From Rebecca billardiae RCC1528 (lineage: Eukaryota > Protista > Haptophyta), in assembly GCA_965240325.2 (NCBI GenBank), contig OZ251243.1:62001-126000 (forward strand): a DNA stretch of 64,000 nt. The letters are read 5' to 3'. Positions 12,924-25,362 of the stretch are shown piece after piece. Within the stretch, counting starts at the first letter, position 1; every line of letters begins with the position of its first letter. A program made the translations under genes and the position numbers. Under the pieces are notes generated by a model. It was not told the DNA's origin. It worked only from the letters and a program-made list of their open reading frames with translations, and searched no databases.

Positions 12924-13316
12924 CCGTAGTCGATCTGCGCTTATATACCATACCGCGATACATATCCGATCAGTCATGGCACATATGCTGTCCATATGTG
13001 ATTCTCGTCAGGGCGGTCATCCGTAATTAGGCGCTGCTGCTGCGGCGGAACTCCGCATAGTGATGTCAATCCGACAATCGGCGGCTATATACTGCGACGC
13101 GCGATATAGCTGCTGTATAGTTATAGGCCGTGATCGTCCGCCACCTCAGCAGATCTGATACTCTGAGTGATATGGCGGCGGCCAGCGTGTCGACCTGTAC
13201 GCAGCACTTCGGAATCCAAGGCCGCCGGGCGCGTCGTCAGCCGCGGCCGGCCTTTATATTTCGTTCCGCATTATTATTGCAGCATCGCCATCCTCGTCGC
13301 CGTCAAGCATACGTCG

Positions 13317-16300
13317 TCATGCGCCGGGGTTGGAGTCGAGCACGAGGCGCACGAGGTCGGCCTTCTCGACCGCGCCCGAGCCGTCGACGCCGCGCTCCCT
13401 GAGCACGGCCTTGAGCTCCTTGGCCGGGAGCGCGCTCGCCTCCGCCTCGCCGTACGCGCGCGCGCCCGCCGCGCCCGCGCCCGAGCCGCTGCCGCCCGCG
13501 GCCGGCGTCGGGCCGGCGCCGGCGCCGTCCGCGCCCGCGTGCTCCCACGGCGCGCCGCCGGCGCCCGCGCCCGCGCCGTCGTCCGAGGCCGAGGGCCCCG
13601 GCGCGCCCTGCCCCATGCTCTGCCCCATCATCTCGTTCATCGCCGAGCGCATGCCCGCGGTGCGCGAGGCGGGCGGCACCGCCTCCGTGAGGATGTCGGC
13701 GAGCGCGGCGAGGCCGAGCGCGCGCCGCCTGCGTGCCTCCTTTGGCACCGCCGAGTCTGAGAGCAGCTTCTTGCACGAGTGGCGCAGCGTCTTCTCGATG
13801 TCGAGCACGGACATGTCCCACAGCAGCTCGAGGAAGTCGCCCATCGACGCGGCGCCGCGCGCCTCCTTGAGCTTCTCCAGCTCGGAGAGCAGCGCGCGCA
13901 GCTCGGCGTCGAGCGGCAGCGGCGCCTCCACGCCGCGCACCGTGAGCGTGCCGGACGCGTAGTCAACCGCCTCGACGATCACGCGGCTGTTGCCGTCGCG
14001 CGCGCACGCGGGCGCGCGCTGCGTGAGCGCCGCGTACAGCGCGGCCTCGAGCTCGGCCATGCGCACGAGCTCGTCGCCGCGCTTCGCGCCGGCGCCGCCG
14101 CCGGCGGCGGCGGCGGCAGCAGGCGCCGAGGCGGCGGCGGCGGACGCGGACGCGGACGCGCCGGCGGCGGCGGCGCTGGCCGCAGCGTCGCTGCTCGGCC
14201 CGGCGGCGCCGGCACGCCCCGGAGCCGCGGCCGAGCCCGCGGCCGGTGGCGGTGCGGATGCGCGCACGCCCCCCGGCGGCACCGGCTGCTCGGCGGCGCC
14301 GCCGCCCGCGCCGCGCGCCGCCGCGCCGCGCGCCCTCGGCCCGCCGCGCCCGCGCTTGCTGCCGCCGCCGAGCGCGGGCGGCTCCCGGCGCAGCACGTGC
14401 ACGGCCTCGGCCACGTCCGCCTGCGCGGCGTGGCCCTGCTCGCGCTGCACCTGCTGGTTCGCCTTGTACGCGCGCAGCATCGACTTCACCGCGCGCGCGC
14501 GCGTCTGCGCGATGTGGTACTTCTGCTGCATGTTGGCCACGTGCCCCTTCAGCCCGAGGTCCGCCTTGTTCTGCGCACGCGCCGCAGGGCGGCGGGGGCG
14601 AGGGTCGGCGCGCACGCGCGCGCAGCGGGGCGTCAGCGGGGGGCGGCGCGGGCGCGGCGGTGCGCGCGGGCGGTGCGCGCACCTGGTACCCCAGGAACTG
14701 CCCCGCCTTGCTGCGGTACACGCCGGCGATCACGAGCGTGAGCTGCCGCCCGAACTCGGAGGTGGTGAGCTCCGCGCCCTTCTCGGCCGCGGCGGTGCGG
14801 AAGGCGGCCTCGTCGCCGTCCACAAACGGCGCGAGGAAGTGCGCGAGGGAGACGGCGCACGTCACCTCGCGCTTGAGCTGCTTGTGCTCCAGGTACTCGG
14901 GGCTCACCTCCTCCTGCTCCTGCTGCATCAGCGTCGCCAGCTGCAGCTCGCCCACGAACTGGCGGCGGCAGGCGGCAGGCGGCAGGCGGCAGGCGGCAGG
15001 CGGCAGGCGGCAGGCGGCAGGCGGCAGGCGGCAGGGGACGGGGGGCGTCAGCGGCGGCGGCGGGCGGAGGGGCGCACCGCACGCGCACGGGCGGCGGCGC
15101 GGCGCGTCCGCCTGCACGCCTGCACACGGCCCACCCCGCACCTGCTCGAACTGCTCCGAGCCGAAGATCATCGAGTAGAACGTGGCCGGGTCCATGAAGC
15201 TCACCTCCTGCACGCCGTCCTTGCCCGCGCGGTCGTACTTTGCGCGCAGCTCCTCGTTGCCCAGCACCTGGTACGCCTCGCCCAGCTGCTGGAAGCGCTC
15301 CTTGGCGCCCGGGTTGTTCGGGTTCTTGTCCGGGTGCAGCCGCCGCGCCTGCGTGTAGTACGCCTTCTTGATCTCCGAGCTGCTCGCGCCCGGGGACACG
15401 CCTGGGGGCGCGCAGGGCGCAGGGCACACAGGGCGCGCAGGACACGCAAGGCGCACAGGGCGCGCAAGGGGCACCGGGGGGCGCGGCGGCGTGAGGCGGC
15501 GTGTGCGTGTGCGCGCGCGGTGTGTGCGTGGCGGCGTGCGCTCCGCTTCAGATGCCAATAGTCATAGTGTGTGAGCGTCTCTCTGCAGCGGCGGTGGAGC
15601 CCTGGGCATTGCAGATTCTCAGATCCTCAGCAGCGGACACGCGCCCCGCCCCGCCCCGCCCCGCGCAGAGCAAAGCACAAGCGCAAAGCGCCGCACCGAG
15701 GGCGTCGTAGTACGCCGTGTCCTTCACGCTGGCGCCCGAGCTGCCCGCGCCGCCCGCGCCGGACGAGCCGCCCCCCTGCGCGCCGGGTTGCGCGGGCGTG
15801 CCACCGTGCAGCAGTCCCTTCTCGTCGACCGCGCCCACCTTGTCCGCCTCCGCCTGCGCGCGCGGCGCGCGGCGGCGCGCGCGGCGGGGCGGCGTGTCGG
15901 ACGAGGGCGCGCGCGCGCGGAGGGGGGGGCGGCGCGTCCGGCGCGCGGCGCTGCGTGCGCGTGCCTGCAGGCTGTAGTAGAACCAGCGCGCGCTCTCGTC
16001 GTCCCACTGCATGCCCTTGTGCTTCGAGACGACGGCGCGCGGCGTGTTGGCGACGCCGCGGCCGAGCTGCACCACGCCGGACATGACGCCGAAGATGGGC
16101 ACCACGACCACCGCCGCGACGCCTGCGCCGCCGCGGCGGAGCAAGCCGCGGCACGCGCGCGCAGCACGCGACGTCCAGATCAGGACCCGCCGAGTGCGCA
16201 CGCGCTGCGCGGCGCGCGCGGCGGGCGGCGTGTGCGCGCGGCGCGGGGCTCACCAGCGCCGAGGCCTTTGGCAAAGCCCTTCGCACCCTCCATCTTCGCG

Positions 16301-16518
16301 CCCATGATCGGCGCGGCGACCAGCGAGCCCACGCCGACCGCGACGCCCGTGAGCACGTTGCGCACGCACTGGCCCGTGCCCGCCACCGCGTTCTTGGGCG
16401 ACTTGAGCGCGAAGAGCTGGCCGAGGTCGAGCGAGGGCTCGTCGTCCGCCGCATCCTCCGCGGCGGGCGCGCCCGTGTACGTGATCTGCGGCAGCGCTCG
16501 GGCCTGAGGCGCCGCCAT
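13317..16518 (-). CDS. DnaJ domain + DnaJ-X domain chaperone with C-terminal SAP/HeH-like helix pair; 6 exons
   Basis: J-domain DTAYYDALGV...RLHPDKNP...FQQLGEAYQVL; X-domain LWDMSVLDIEKTLRHSC; C-terminal KELKAVLRERGVD...VEKADLV. Inferred introns 16123-16253, 15854-15964 (GC-AG), 15402-15696, 14959-15141, 14571-14682. Confidence 0.9.
14961..15034. repeat. Intronic heptamer tandem repeat (GGCGGCA)n
   Basis: About ten consecutive units inside intron 14959-15141. Confidence 0.9.
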
Positions 16519-16895
16519 CTCCGCGTGCGCCGAGAGCGGAGGCCGAGGGACTCCCGCCAGCAGGGGGCGCGCTTGCTGCCGCCTCCACCTGACCGTCGCG
16601 TTCCGGAAAAGTACTGCCGAGTGCCGGATCATTCATCTTCCCCCGGACTGGTTAGAAGCTTGTGAGCAAGTCAAGTGAATCATCATCACGGCTACTCCCA
16701 ACTTTCAACCCACTTGCCTATGTGCGTTTGGAAACCGATTGGTCATTCGCTGTCCTAGACATAGCGCGTGCGTATCTCGCGGTTGAGATCTCAAGGCCGG
16801 GTAAATTTGGCCTAGGCGGGCACTGGTGACAACCCAAATTGCCGCGTGACGGACGTCGTCGCCGCAGCGCGCATCTCAGCCGTGCGCGCGCCACC

Positions 16896-17399
16896 ATGCC
16901 GCTGGGGGCAAAGCTGCTGTGTGGCCTCCTGCGCTGCGTGCCAGCCGCGCCGCTCGAGCCGGTGCACGCGCACTCGGAGCATCACCAGGACTGGCGCGAG
17001 TTCATCGAGAATGGCGTGAGCTTCACCAACCTCGCCGGCGCGACGCTGCTGATTGGGCAGGTCGTGATCTCGGCGGTCAACACGCTGCGGCTCATCAGCA
17101 CCAGCGTCTTTGGCGGCAGCGCGACGATGATCTGCCCGATCAACCGCGAGTTCGCCGGGAAGCAGGTGACCGTCACGGCGATCCGCGCCTGCCTCGGCTC
17201 GACCATTGCGTACGCGCTGCAGCTCCTCGTCGTCGCGGACGTCCTCGACACGATGGCCGAGCCCGTCCACCTGATCGAGCTCGAGACGATCCTCAAGCTG
17301 ATGCTCATCTGCGGGCTGCGCGAGGCGCTCGCGTTTGTGATGGAGAAGGAGGTCTCGCACCTCATGCACACGATGCACGCCAAAGACGCGGCGCGATGA
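16896..17399 (+). CDS. DUF1622-family membrane protein
   Basis: IRACLGSTIAYALQLLVVADVLDT and LREALAFVMEKE match the family pattern; intronless. Confidence 0.75.
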   Translation: MPLGAKLLCGLLRCVPAAPLEPVHAHSEHHQDWREFIENGVSFTNLAGATLLIGQVVISAVNTLRLISTSVFGGSATMICPINREFAGKQVTVTAIRACLGSTIAYALQLLVVADVLDTMAEPVHLIELETILKLMLICGLREALAFVMEKEVSHLMHTMHAKDAAR

Positions 17400-18343
17400 C
17401 TATTGGCAGTGTCAAGTGCCGCGGCCCGATCGGGCGATCGAGTCCCGCCAGGCGCCACGGCGCCACGCGCGCCTCTGCTCCGGGCCGACTCCGTCACGAT
17501 TCGCGCACAGGTCGCCCACTCGCCTGTTACGGCGCGGTGAATCTATGCTATTAACGCAGTAGTGCTGTAGTAGCAGTTGTGGCAGCGTGGAAGAAGTCGC
17601 CGCAGGGCTGCATCGCAGGGCGCCGCGGCGGGGCCGGGCCCCGCGGGCGGCGGCCTGCCGAGGGCGAGTGCCGGCCGGCGCGGTCGCGCGGGACGGCGGG
17701 TCGCGGCGGCCCGGCGGGTCGGCGGCCCGCCGGCCGCCCCGCCGACCGGGCAGTCGCCGTCACTCGTCAGCCCGGCCCGGGTGCCCCCGGGTGCCCGGAC
17801 CCGGGGCCGGGTCACTCCGGTTCACGACAGGGACGCGGACCGTGCGTGTCAGTGTGACCGGTGGCGGCGGGCGGTGGCCGGTCCGCCCGGCCTCGGGCTC
17901 GGCGGCCCGCCTCACCGACACCGGTCTCACCCGCCCGGCCCGCGGGCGGCGCCGGGGCCGCCGGTCCCGCTGCCTAGCCTCTGAGGTCGCGGCATCAGGC
18001 CGCGGCCGCCCGCTGAGCCTGCGCCTGCAGCGCGACTCAGCAGCATTGAAGCGCTACGCGGTACGCCGCCGGCGGTGGACCGTACCGTGTCCGTTATTGA
18101 CGCATCATGAAGCCTGTCCGACGCGCCGAGGAGCCAGTACGCATTCTGTACGCAATAGCGTGCGCTCAGTAGGCGGTCGGCGGATGCACGGAAATGCCAG
18201 TGCACACTGGCACCGTGCTGCAAAGGCGGCCGAGTAGAAGAAAGAAGGCCAGGACGAAATAATGCCTGACGCCCCACCGTAGTGCCGGCCCACGGTGCCG
18301 CACGGTCGGTGCCCAGGCAGCGCCGCAGCCGCTTCATTCCGGA

Positions 18344-18374
18344 TCAATGCCCCTCCTCGTCCTCCTCCGCCTCA

Positions 18375-18407
<33 letters not shown>

Positions 18408-20612
18408 TCGCCCTCCGACTCTGCGCCCGACTCGGGCTCGATGGCGCGCCGGGGCGCGTGCACGGCAATGTCGAGCGCCTGCTGCGCGTCCGCGCCCACG
18501 TACGCCGAGCAGAGCACGCGCACCTCCAGCCGCCACGCGCCCGGCGAGCTCGGCGCCTGCGGCGCGCGCGGGCCGGGCGCGCGCGCGCGGGCCGCGTCAG
18601 CGGCGGCGGCGCGGCGCAGGCATGTGCGTGCGCGCGCGCGCGCGCGCCCGCACCTTGACCACCCACTGGGCGCGCGCGCACTCGAGAGCGCGCGGCGCGC
18701 CCCAGTCGTCGGCTGCCGCCTCCTCGCGCGCGTGCACGAGCTCGGGGCTCGCCATGCCGAGCAGCGCGCCGCGCCTGTCCGCCAGCAGCGCCACCCAGCC
18801 CTCCGCCACGCGCGCGCGCAGCAGCGGGCAGTGCGCCTCGCGACCCAGCCGCGCGCGCGGCGCGCGGCGCGTGACGCGCAGGAGGGCGCGGACGGTGACG
18901 ACGTCGGCGCACTCGACGCGCTCCTCGTCCTGCACCTCCACCTCCACCTCGAGCGCCGTGCGCGGGAAGCCGCGCAGGAACTCGAGCGCGTCCTCCTGCT
19001 GCGCGCGCCCGAGCCCGGCCGCGCCCAGCGCGGCGCGCGCGCCCGCGAGGGGCGCGGCGCACAGCGCGCGCAGCCCGCGCTCGGCGCCGCCGCCGCCCGC
19101 GGCGGGCGCGGGCGCGGCGCCCTGCGCGGGCGCAGCGCCGCCCGCCTTGGCGCGCTTCTTCGCGGACGACTTGCCCTTCTTCGCGCCGCCCGGGCGGGGC
19201 GCGCCCGCCGCCGCGGCCGCGGCCGCCGCGCCGCCGCCCTCGGCGGCGCCGCCGTCCGCGCCGTCCGCGTCGCCGGCCGCGGTCGGAGCGCGCAGCGCGC
19301 GCGCCTCGGCGGCGCCGACGTGCGGCAGCTGGAGCAGCTCGGCGTCGGCGGGCTCGCCGTGCGCGTCGAAGAGCTCCGCCTGCTTCAGCACCCGGCTCGC
19401 GTGCACCAGCCGGCCCACCGCCTCCACCGCGCCCACGCCGCCGCCGCCCGGCTGGGAGGCGCCGCCCCTGCCGGCCGCGCGGCCGCCGCGCGCCGCGCGG
19501 CCGCCCTGCCCGGCGCCCGGGTCGGCACGCTGCAGCGCGACGGCGGTGAGCGCGTCGAAGGCGAGCGGCAGCAGCTCGACGAGCAGCCGCTGCGCGCGCT
19601 CCAGCGCCGCGCGCTCCGCGCCGCCGCCCGGCGGCAGCTGCGCGCGGCAGCCGTGCGCCAGCAGCAGCGCGGCCGCGGCGCGGCGCGCGCCGCCGCCGTC
19701 GGCGCCGCCGTCGGCGGAGGGCGGCGAGGCGGCGGGGACGCGCGCGCGCACGCCGGCGGGCAGCCGCGCGCACGCCTCCTCCACCGCGCCGCCGCACTGC
19801 GCCAGCGCGCGCGCCACGCGCGGCAGCCGCGCGAGCGCGGCCGCGACGGTGAGCGCCAGCTCGGGCGCGGCCGCGCTCGGCGCGCGCACCGCGCGCCACG
19901 CGCCCGACGCGGCGAGCGCGGCCGCGAGGTCGGCGCGGTCGCGCTGCGCGTCGGAGGGCGCGAGCAGCCGCATCGCGCACAGCGGCAGCGCGAGCACCAG
20001 CGCGAGCATCCCCGCCAGCGTGCCCAGCGGCGCGCCCTCGCGGTCGAGCAGCCAAGCCGGCAGTGAGACGCCGAGCGTCTGGCCGTTGTACCCGTCCGGG
20101 TGGCCGTAGCGCTCGTAGTTGGCGCGCGCGACGGGGTCGGTGAGGATGGCGTGCGCGCGCGTGATCTCGAGGAACATACGCCGCGTCTCCGCGTCGTCGC
20201 CCGCCTTGTCCGGGTGGTACCGCCGCGCGAGCCGGCGGTACGCACCCTTCACCTCGTCGAGCGGCGCGCCCTCGTCCACGCCCAGCACCTCGTGCGGCAG
20301 CGCGGAGAGCGGGGCGACGCCCTCGCGCAGCGAGGCGAGGGAGGCGCAGAACGCCGCCCACGCGAGCACGAAGAGCGCGTTGCCCACCGACAGCCGCTGC
20401 CGCCGCTCGCGCGCGAGCACCGCCGCGCGCTTGCGCTCGCACGCGCCGCCGTACTCGCCGCCGCCGCGCGCGCGCGGCGGGAGCGGCGGCGCGCGCGCGG
20501 CGGCGCGCAGCTTGAGCAGGGTCCACGGCACGATCACCACGCCGAGCAGCGCCGCGCCGAACACGCCGGACTCGCCGCCCGCGCCCTCGGCCGACGAGGA
20601 CGACGACGGCAT
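18344..20612 (-). CDS. SEC63: Translocon subunit Sec63 homologue (TM segments, J-domain, Sec63/Brl domain, acidic tail); exons 20612-18654 and 18556-18344
   Basis: YHPDK J-domain between TM helices, ANYERYGHPDG...GVSLPAWL; the last exon gives LCSAYVGAD and a poly-D/E tail after GT-AG intron 18557-18653. Confidence 0.88.
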
Positions 20613-20808
20613 CGACACTCTTTCGGTCCACCGCGCGGCCACGTGTTGTTCAGCGGAATCAGCGCGCTCGATCTCCGATCTTGAGTCTTGACGGGTTACC
20701 TGGTAGGGCGGCGCAGGTGCGCTGAAGAACTGCGGCAACCGCGCTCGCAACCCTTGGCTCGCAAGTCGTCGCAATTCGCAACGGCGCAAACGCCTTCCTC
20801 CGCTGCGG

Positions 20809-21650
20809 CTGGCTAGTTCAGACCCGCCGCTCCTTTTGGGAGGCCGCTCCGCGGCCCCGCGGAGCGGCTAGCGATATCCAGTGGAAAAGCGTTTCGGTCT
20901 TCCCGTGCGTGAAATCCGGATTCGCGGAGTTCAGACCGCGTTGAACCTGATTTGCAGGCGGTTTGCCGTGTTCGCCGTCATGCTGGCAGGCATGCTGCCC
21001 GTGCCCATCGCGCCGCGCAGATCGCCGGTACCGCCCGCCCAGATTGTTGGCTGGTGGTGCAGCGCGGTGCGGCGTGGCACATGCTATCTTTGGGTCTCAT
21101 CCGACGGCGATAAGGGCCGCCCACCCCGCCCTGCTCCACTTGTACGTGCACACGGACACAAGGTAGAACGGGCCATGGAACAGTGTGAGACGTGTGGCCG
21201 AAAAAGAGGGCTGGCCCCTCCGCGCTCGCACACGGGTAGCCACTCAGCTCACGGTACACATTGTCCCCCCCCATGCCAGCCACTCAAAAGTGTTGCCCGC
21301 GAAGGTTTTGCGAGGTGCCCGGCCACGCGTACGCGCGGTGCCCCACAGACCGCACTCTGGGACAGAAGCAGTGCGCGGCGAGCGCGAAGGGGGGGAGAGC
21401 ACCGCTCACCAGGTGGAGGCGCCGGCGAAGAGGGATCCACGTCCATCCGACTCGCGCGAGAGCCGCGCGCGCGACCGCCGACGCGTCACAGCCGCGAGCG
21501 CGACGGCGCGTCGGCACGCGGGCGGGCGGCACGCCGAGGCCCTCGTGGCCGGATCTCCTTTCAGGCCCTTGCTGGACTTTCCCAGCCGCTCCGCACGGAG
21601 CAATTTATTGTTCGTGGGTACCACGAAACGGCTGGGTCTGAACCAGCCAG
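20809..21650. mobile_element. Non-autonomous TIR element flanked by a 9-bp direct repeat
   Basis: CTGGCTAGTTCAGACCC at the left end and GGGTCTGAACCAGCCAG at the right end (1 mismatch). CCGCTGCGG occurs at 20800-20808 and 21651-21659. Confidence 0.8.
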
Positions 21651-21684
21651 CCGCTGCGGTGGATTGCACTCAAGAGCAGCAGCA

Positions 21685-22488
21685 ATGGCGGCGCGATGGC
21701 TCGCGCTCTGGCTGGGTGCGGCGACAACGGTGGCGTGCTCGTCGTACGTGGTCGTGCGCAGCCCGGCCGACGTGGCGCCGACGCTGGCGCGCCCACACGT
21801 CAACGCCGTCCGCCTGAGCGCGCGCGGCGCGCCCGCGCGGCCGCGCGACGCGGCCGCGCGCATCGCCGCAGAGCTGCCGCCGCAGCCGCTCGACGTGCGC
21901 GCGGCCGTGAGCGCGGCCGACGCGCAGGGCAGCGCGGCGCGGTGCGCAGCAGCCATCGACCGCCGCATCCCAGCCCTCCCGCCGTCGGCGCGCCCGGCGG
22001 TCGCGTCTCTCGTGCGGCTGTTTGGCGCGCACGCGCTGCCCGCGCTCGCGCGGCCCGCGCTCGCGCGCGCGCGCGGGCGCGAGCGGGCGACGCTGGCGCT
22101 GCGCTGGCAGTCGTGGGGCGCGTGGGGCGAGGGCCCGCGGTGCTCGCGCTTCCACGAGGACCACGTCGAGCTACGCATGGTCTGCGCGCTCGTGGGCGAG
22201 GGCACGCCCGTCCTCGCCGAGAGGCCGGGGCGGCGCGCGGCCATGGGCCTGGGCGCCGCTCTCCAGCTCGACGCGGACGTGGCGAACGCGCTGGTGTGCG
22301 CGCCGTGGGAGGCGGAGCACGCCGTGCCGCAGGGCGACGTGCTCTTCCTCAAGGGCAGGCGCTGGCGGGACGGGCGCGACGCCGCCGCGCGCGGCGGCGC
22401 CCGGCAGCGCGCAGCCATCCACCGCTCGCCCGCGCCGACCGGTGTGGCGCGCGCGCTCCTCACACTCGACTACGAGTACTGTGAGTAG
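21685..22488 (+). CDS. DUF1826-family protein with signal peptide
   Basis: CSRFHEDHVELRMVCALVGEGT, GDVLFLKG, AIHRSP, RALLTLD motifs. Confidence 0.8.
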   Translation: MAARWLALWLGAATTVACSSYVVVRSPADVAPTLARPHVNAVRLSARGAPARPRDAAARIAAELPPQPLDVRAAVSAADAQGSAARCAAAIDRRIPALPPSARPAVASLVRLFGAHALPALARPALARARGRERATLALRWQSWGAWGEGPRCSRFHEDHVELRMVCALVGEGTPVLAERPGRRAAMGLGAALQLDADVANALVCAPWEAEHAVPQGDVLFLKGRRWRDGRDAAARGGARQRAAIHRSPAPTGVARALLTLDYEYCE

Positions 22489-23036
22489 CAACGGTATACT
22501 AGGAGCAGTAGGAGCACGTACTGCCAGCAGGGCGCGCCTCCACGGGCTAGCCCGGACTAGGCTCCGCCGGCGCGGAGCCATCGTTGCGCGCGGCGTTATG
22601 CTCCGCGCCGCACGCGACAGTGGCGGGGCCCAGGTCGCCCCGTAGGACCGGGGAGTCCCGAGTCACGGCCGGACCGTGGCCGATGCGCTCGGGGGAGCAC
22701 AGGGCGCATGCCGGATCGCCGACTTATTGGGCCATCGACGCGCCCGTGTCGGGCGCGCGCGCTGCCGCACCGCTGATGCGCAATGAAAGCTCGTCCATGC
22801 TGACGACGGTCATCGGCGAATCGACGATTCATCGTATGGCTTTTGTTATTCGTAGAGGTTGATTTTGCGATTTTCGCGCGCAAATCCTCCTGCCTGGAGC
22901 TTCGCGCGGGTTCGCCCCGCGCGCCGCCCGGGCCAGGGCCCAGGACTTTGGCGAGTGGTGACTGGTGTCCGGAAGCAATCAGCCGCAGCGGCCAGCCGGC
23001 CGTCGCACGATCACGAAGGCCGCGTGAAGAGGCATC

Positions 23037-23554
23037 ATGGCCGCGACGCTGCTCGTGAGCTCGCTCTTCGCCTTCGCGCCGGCGGCGCGCACGCCGGCGT
23101 CGCGCGTCGTCGCGCGCGCGAGCACGCTCGGCCCAGCCCGCGCCCGCCCCCTCAGCTCCACCATCGGCGACGACATCAAGAGCATCGTGGGCTCGAATGA
23201 CGTGGTGGTCTTCTCCAAGACGACCTGCCCGTTGTGAGCGCGCGCGCGGCACACGCCGCCGCCACGCGCGCGGCGCGCGCCCGGCGGTCACGCGCTTACC
23301 GCCCCCGCCCCGCCCCCTCCACGCCCAGCTGCGCGCGCACCAAGGGCCTCTTCCGCGACGTGCTGCAGGTGGACACCAAGGTGGTGGAGCTCGACCAGCT
23401 CGACAACGGCGCCGAGTACCAGGACGAGCTGCTCACGATCACGGGGCAGAGGACGGTGCCCAACGTGTTCGTCAAGGGCAGCCACCTCGGCGGATGCGAT
23501 GACACGATGAAGGCGAACGACTCGGGCAAGCTCGCCGAGATGCTGGGTCTCTGA
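23037..23554 (+). CDS. GRX: Dithiol glutaredoxin (CPFC), plastid-targeted; exons 23037-23233 and 23329-23554
   Basis: Splicing intron 23234-23328 restores VVVFSKTTCPFC, followed by TGQRTVPNVF and GGCDD. N-terminal signal peptide with SSLFAFAP. Confidence 0.93.
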
Positions 23555-23985
23555 GACCCCCCTCATCTATCTCTGCCGCTGTCGGCCGCACCACTCTCGG
23601 CTCGCGCTGCCCACGCGGCCGGCGTCGAGCGCGCGTAGAGCCAACGGCCGCGCGCGCGTGTGCTCACGCCGGCGGTGCGAGGCTCGCGCTCCGCAGCAGG
23701 CGGGTGTACAGGTCGCAGATATGATGCCGCCCGCGCCGTGCATATCGGGGCCGTCATAGTGCTGACTGCGACTCGGTGGCTCACCGTCACTAAGTGTGAC
23801 TCAAGTGACGCGCGCGTGGGTCACGTCGCGCGCGCGCGGATTAGAGCCGGCGGTTGATGAACATCATATTGGCGGCGGCGCAATCTGCTACTGCTGCACG
23901 CCTGTCTGATGTGGATCGGGCCGAGCCCGAGAGACACCGTCACTGCACGACAATATGTAGCAGCCTGCGTTATGATGCTGCGATC

Positions 23986-24102
<117 letters not shown>

Positions 24103-24168
24103 ATATACTATACGACTGACGTCCTGTACGACCATGCAGCGAAATAAGCGCGCGGCGACACTCTGATG

Positions 24169-24298
<130 letters not shown>

Positions 24299-25362
24299 GT
24301 CACTGACTTTGTGGCGGGCGACATGTCACGTCGCGTTCACGTCGATATCCGCATAGTGACGTAGTACGACGACTACTACTGCTACTATAGTGCTAGTACG
24401 ACTACGACAGACTCAACAAGCCTGCTGCTTATTGAGTGCTGCGGCACCGGCGCGGGTCAGCAGACGACGTGACACCACCGAGTGTTCACGCGGTCGTCCG
24501 GCGGCAGCAGCACGGCCGGGCAGCGGCAAGCCTGCTCGGGGAGTCCGATGCGGTCGCATGGGCGAGACGTGTAACTGTCTCGGGCATGTGCCCGCCGCTC
24601 GAGGGCGAGTCCCGGCGGCCATCCGAGCGTCGGACGGCCGCGGGAGCACGGGCTCGAGCGGCTGGTGGCGGTGCGCGCCGCCGCGCGACGGCGCGGGCCG
24701 TGCGCGGGCGGCGGGCGAGCAGACTGCCGGCGGCCGGGGCGGCAGCGGCCAGGCACGGAGTCGCGCCCACGCGGAGGTGGGCAGAGGCGTGTCGGCGGCG
24801 GCAGCGGCGGTCGTCGGCAGTGTGGGCGTGAGGAGATAGGTCGGCCGGGGGCCCGGGGCGGGCGGCGAGCTGGCGGCGGCGGGCAGCAGCGCACGGGCTG
24901 CTGCTGCCCGGGGCCTGCAGCGGGCCGCGCGCGCGCGCGGAGGCCACGGCGCAGGACGACTCGTCTCACTGAATGGAGGAGGCCGCTGAGGGCGGCAGCA
25001 TGCGGACGTAGAATGGGACGGGAAGGACGGAAGAGCGCCGGAAGATGCCCAGGCGCGAGGCGGCCAGCGGCGGCCTCGCGGGTGGAGCAGCACCCAGCGT
25101 GATGGATGGATGGACGGCATGGGCCTGGGACATGGGACGTGGACGGGGCGAACGGAACAGCAACGGGCGGAAGGAAGGAAGGTCTTTGGTATCACACTCG
25201 ACAAGCGGGTAGAGCGGCGGAGGAAGGCGCGCCCTGGGGCGGCGGCGGGCGGCCGGGCTGCTCGGCGAGACGAGCCGAGCAGCGGGGCCGGGCGCCGACG
25301 CACACGGGGCACGCGTTTACACCGCAGCGGCAGCATGGCGGCAGCATGGCGGCAGGACTGCA

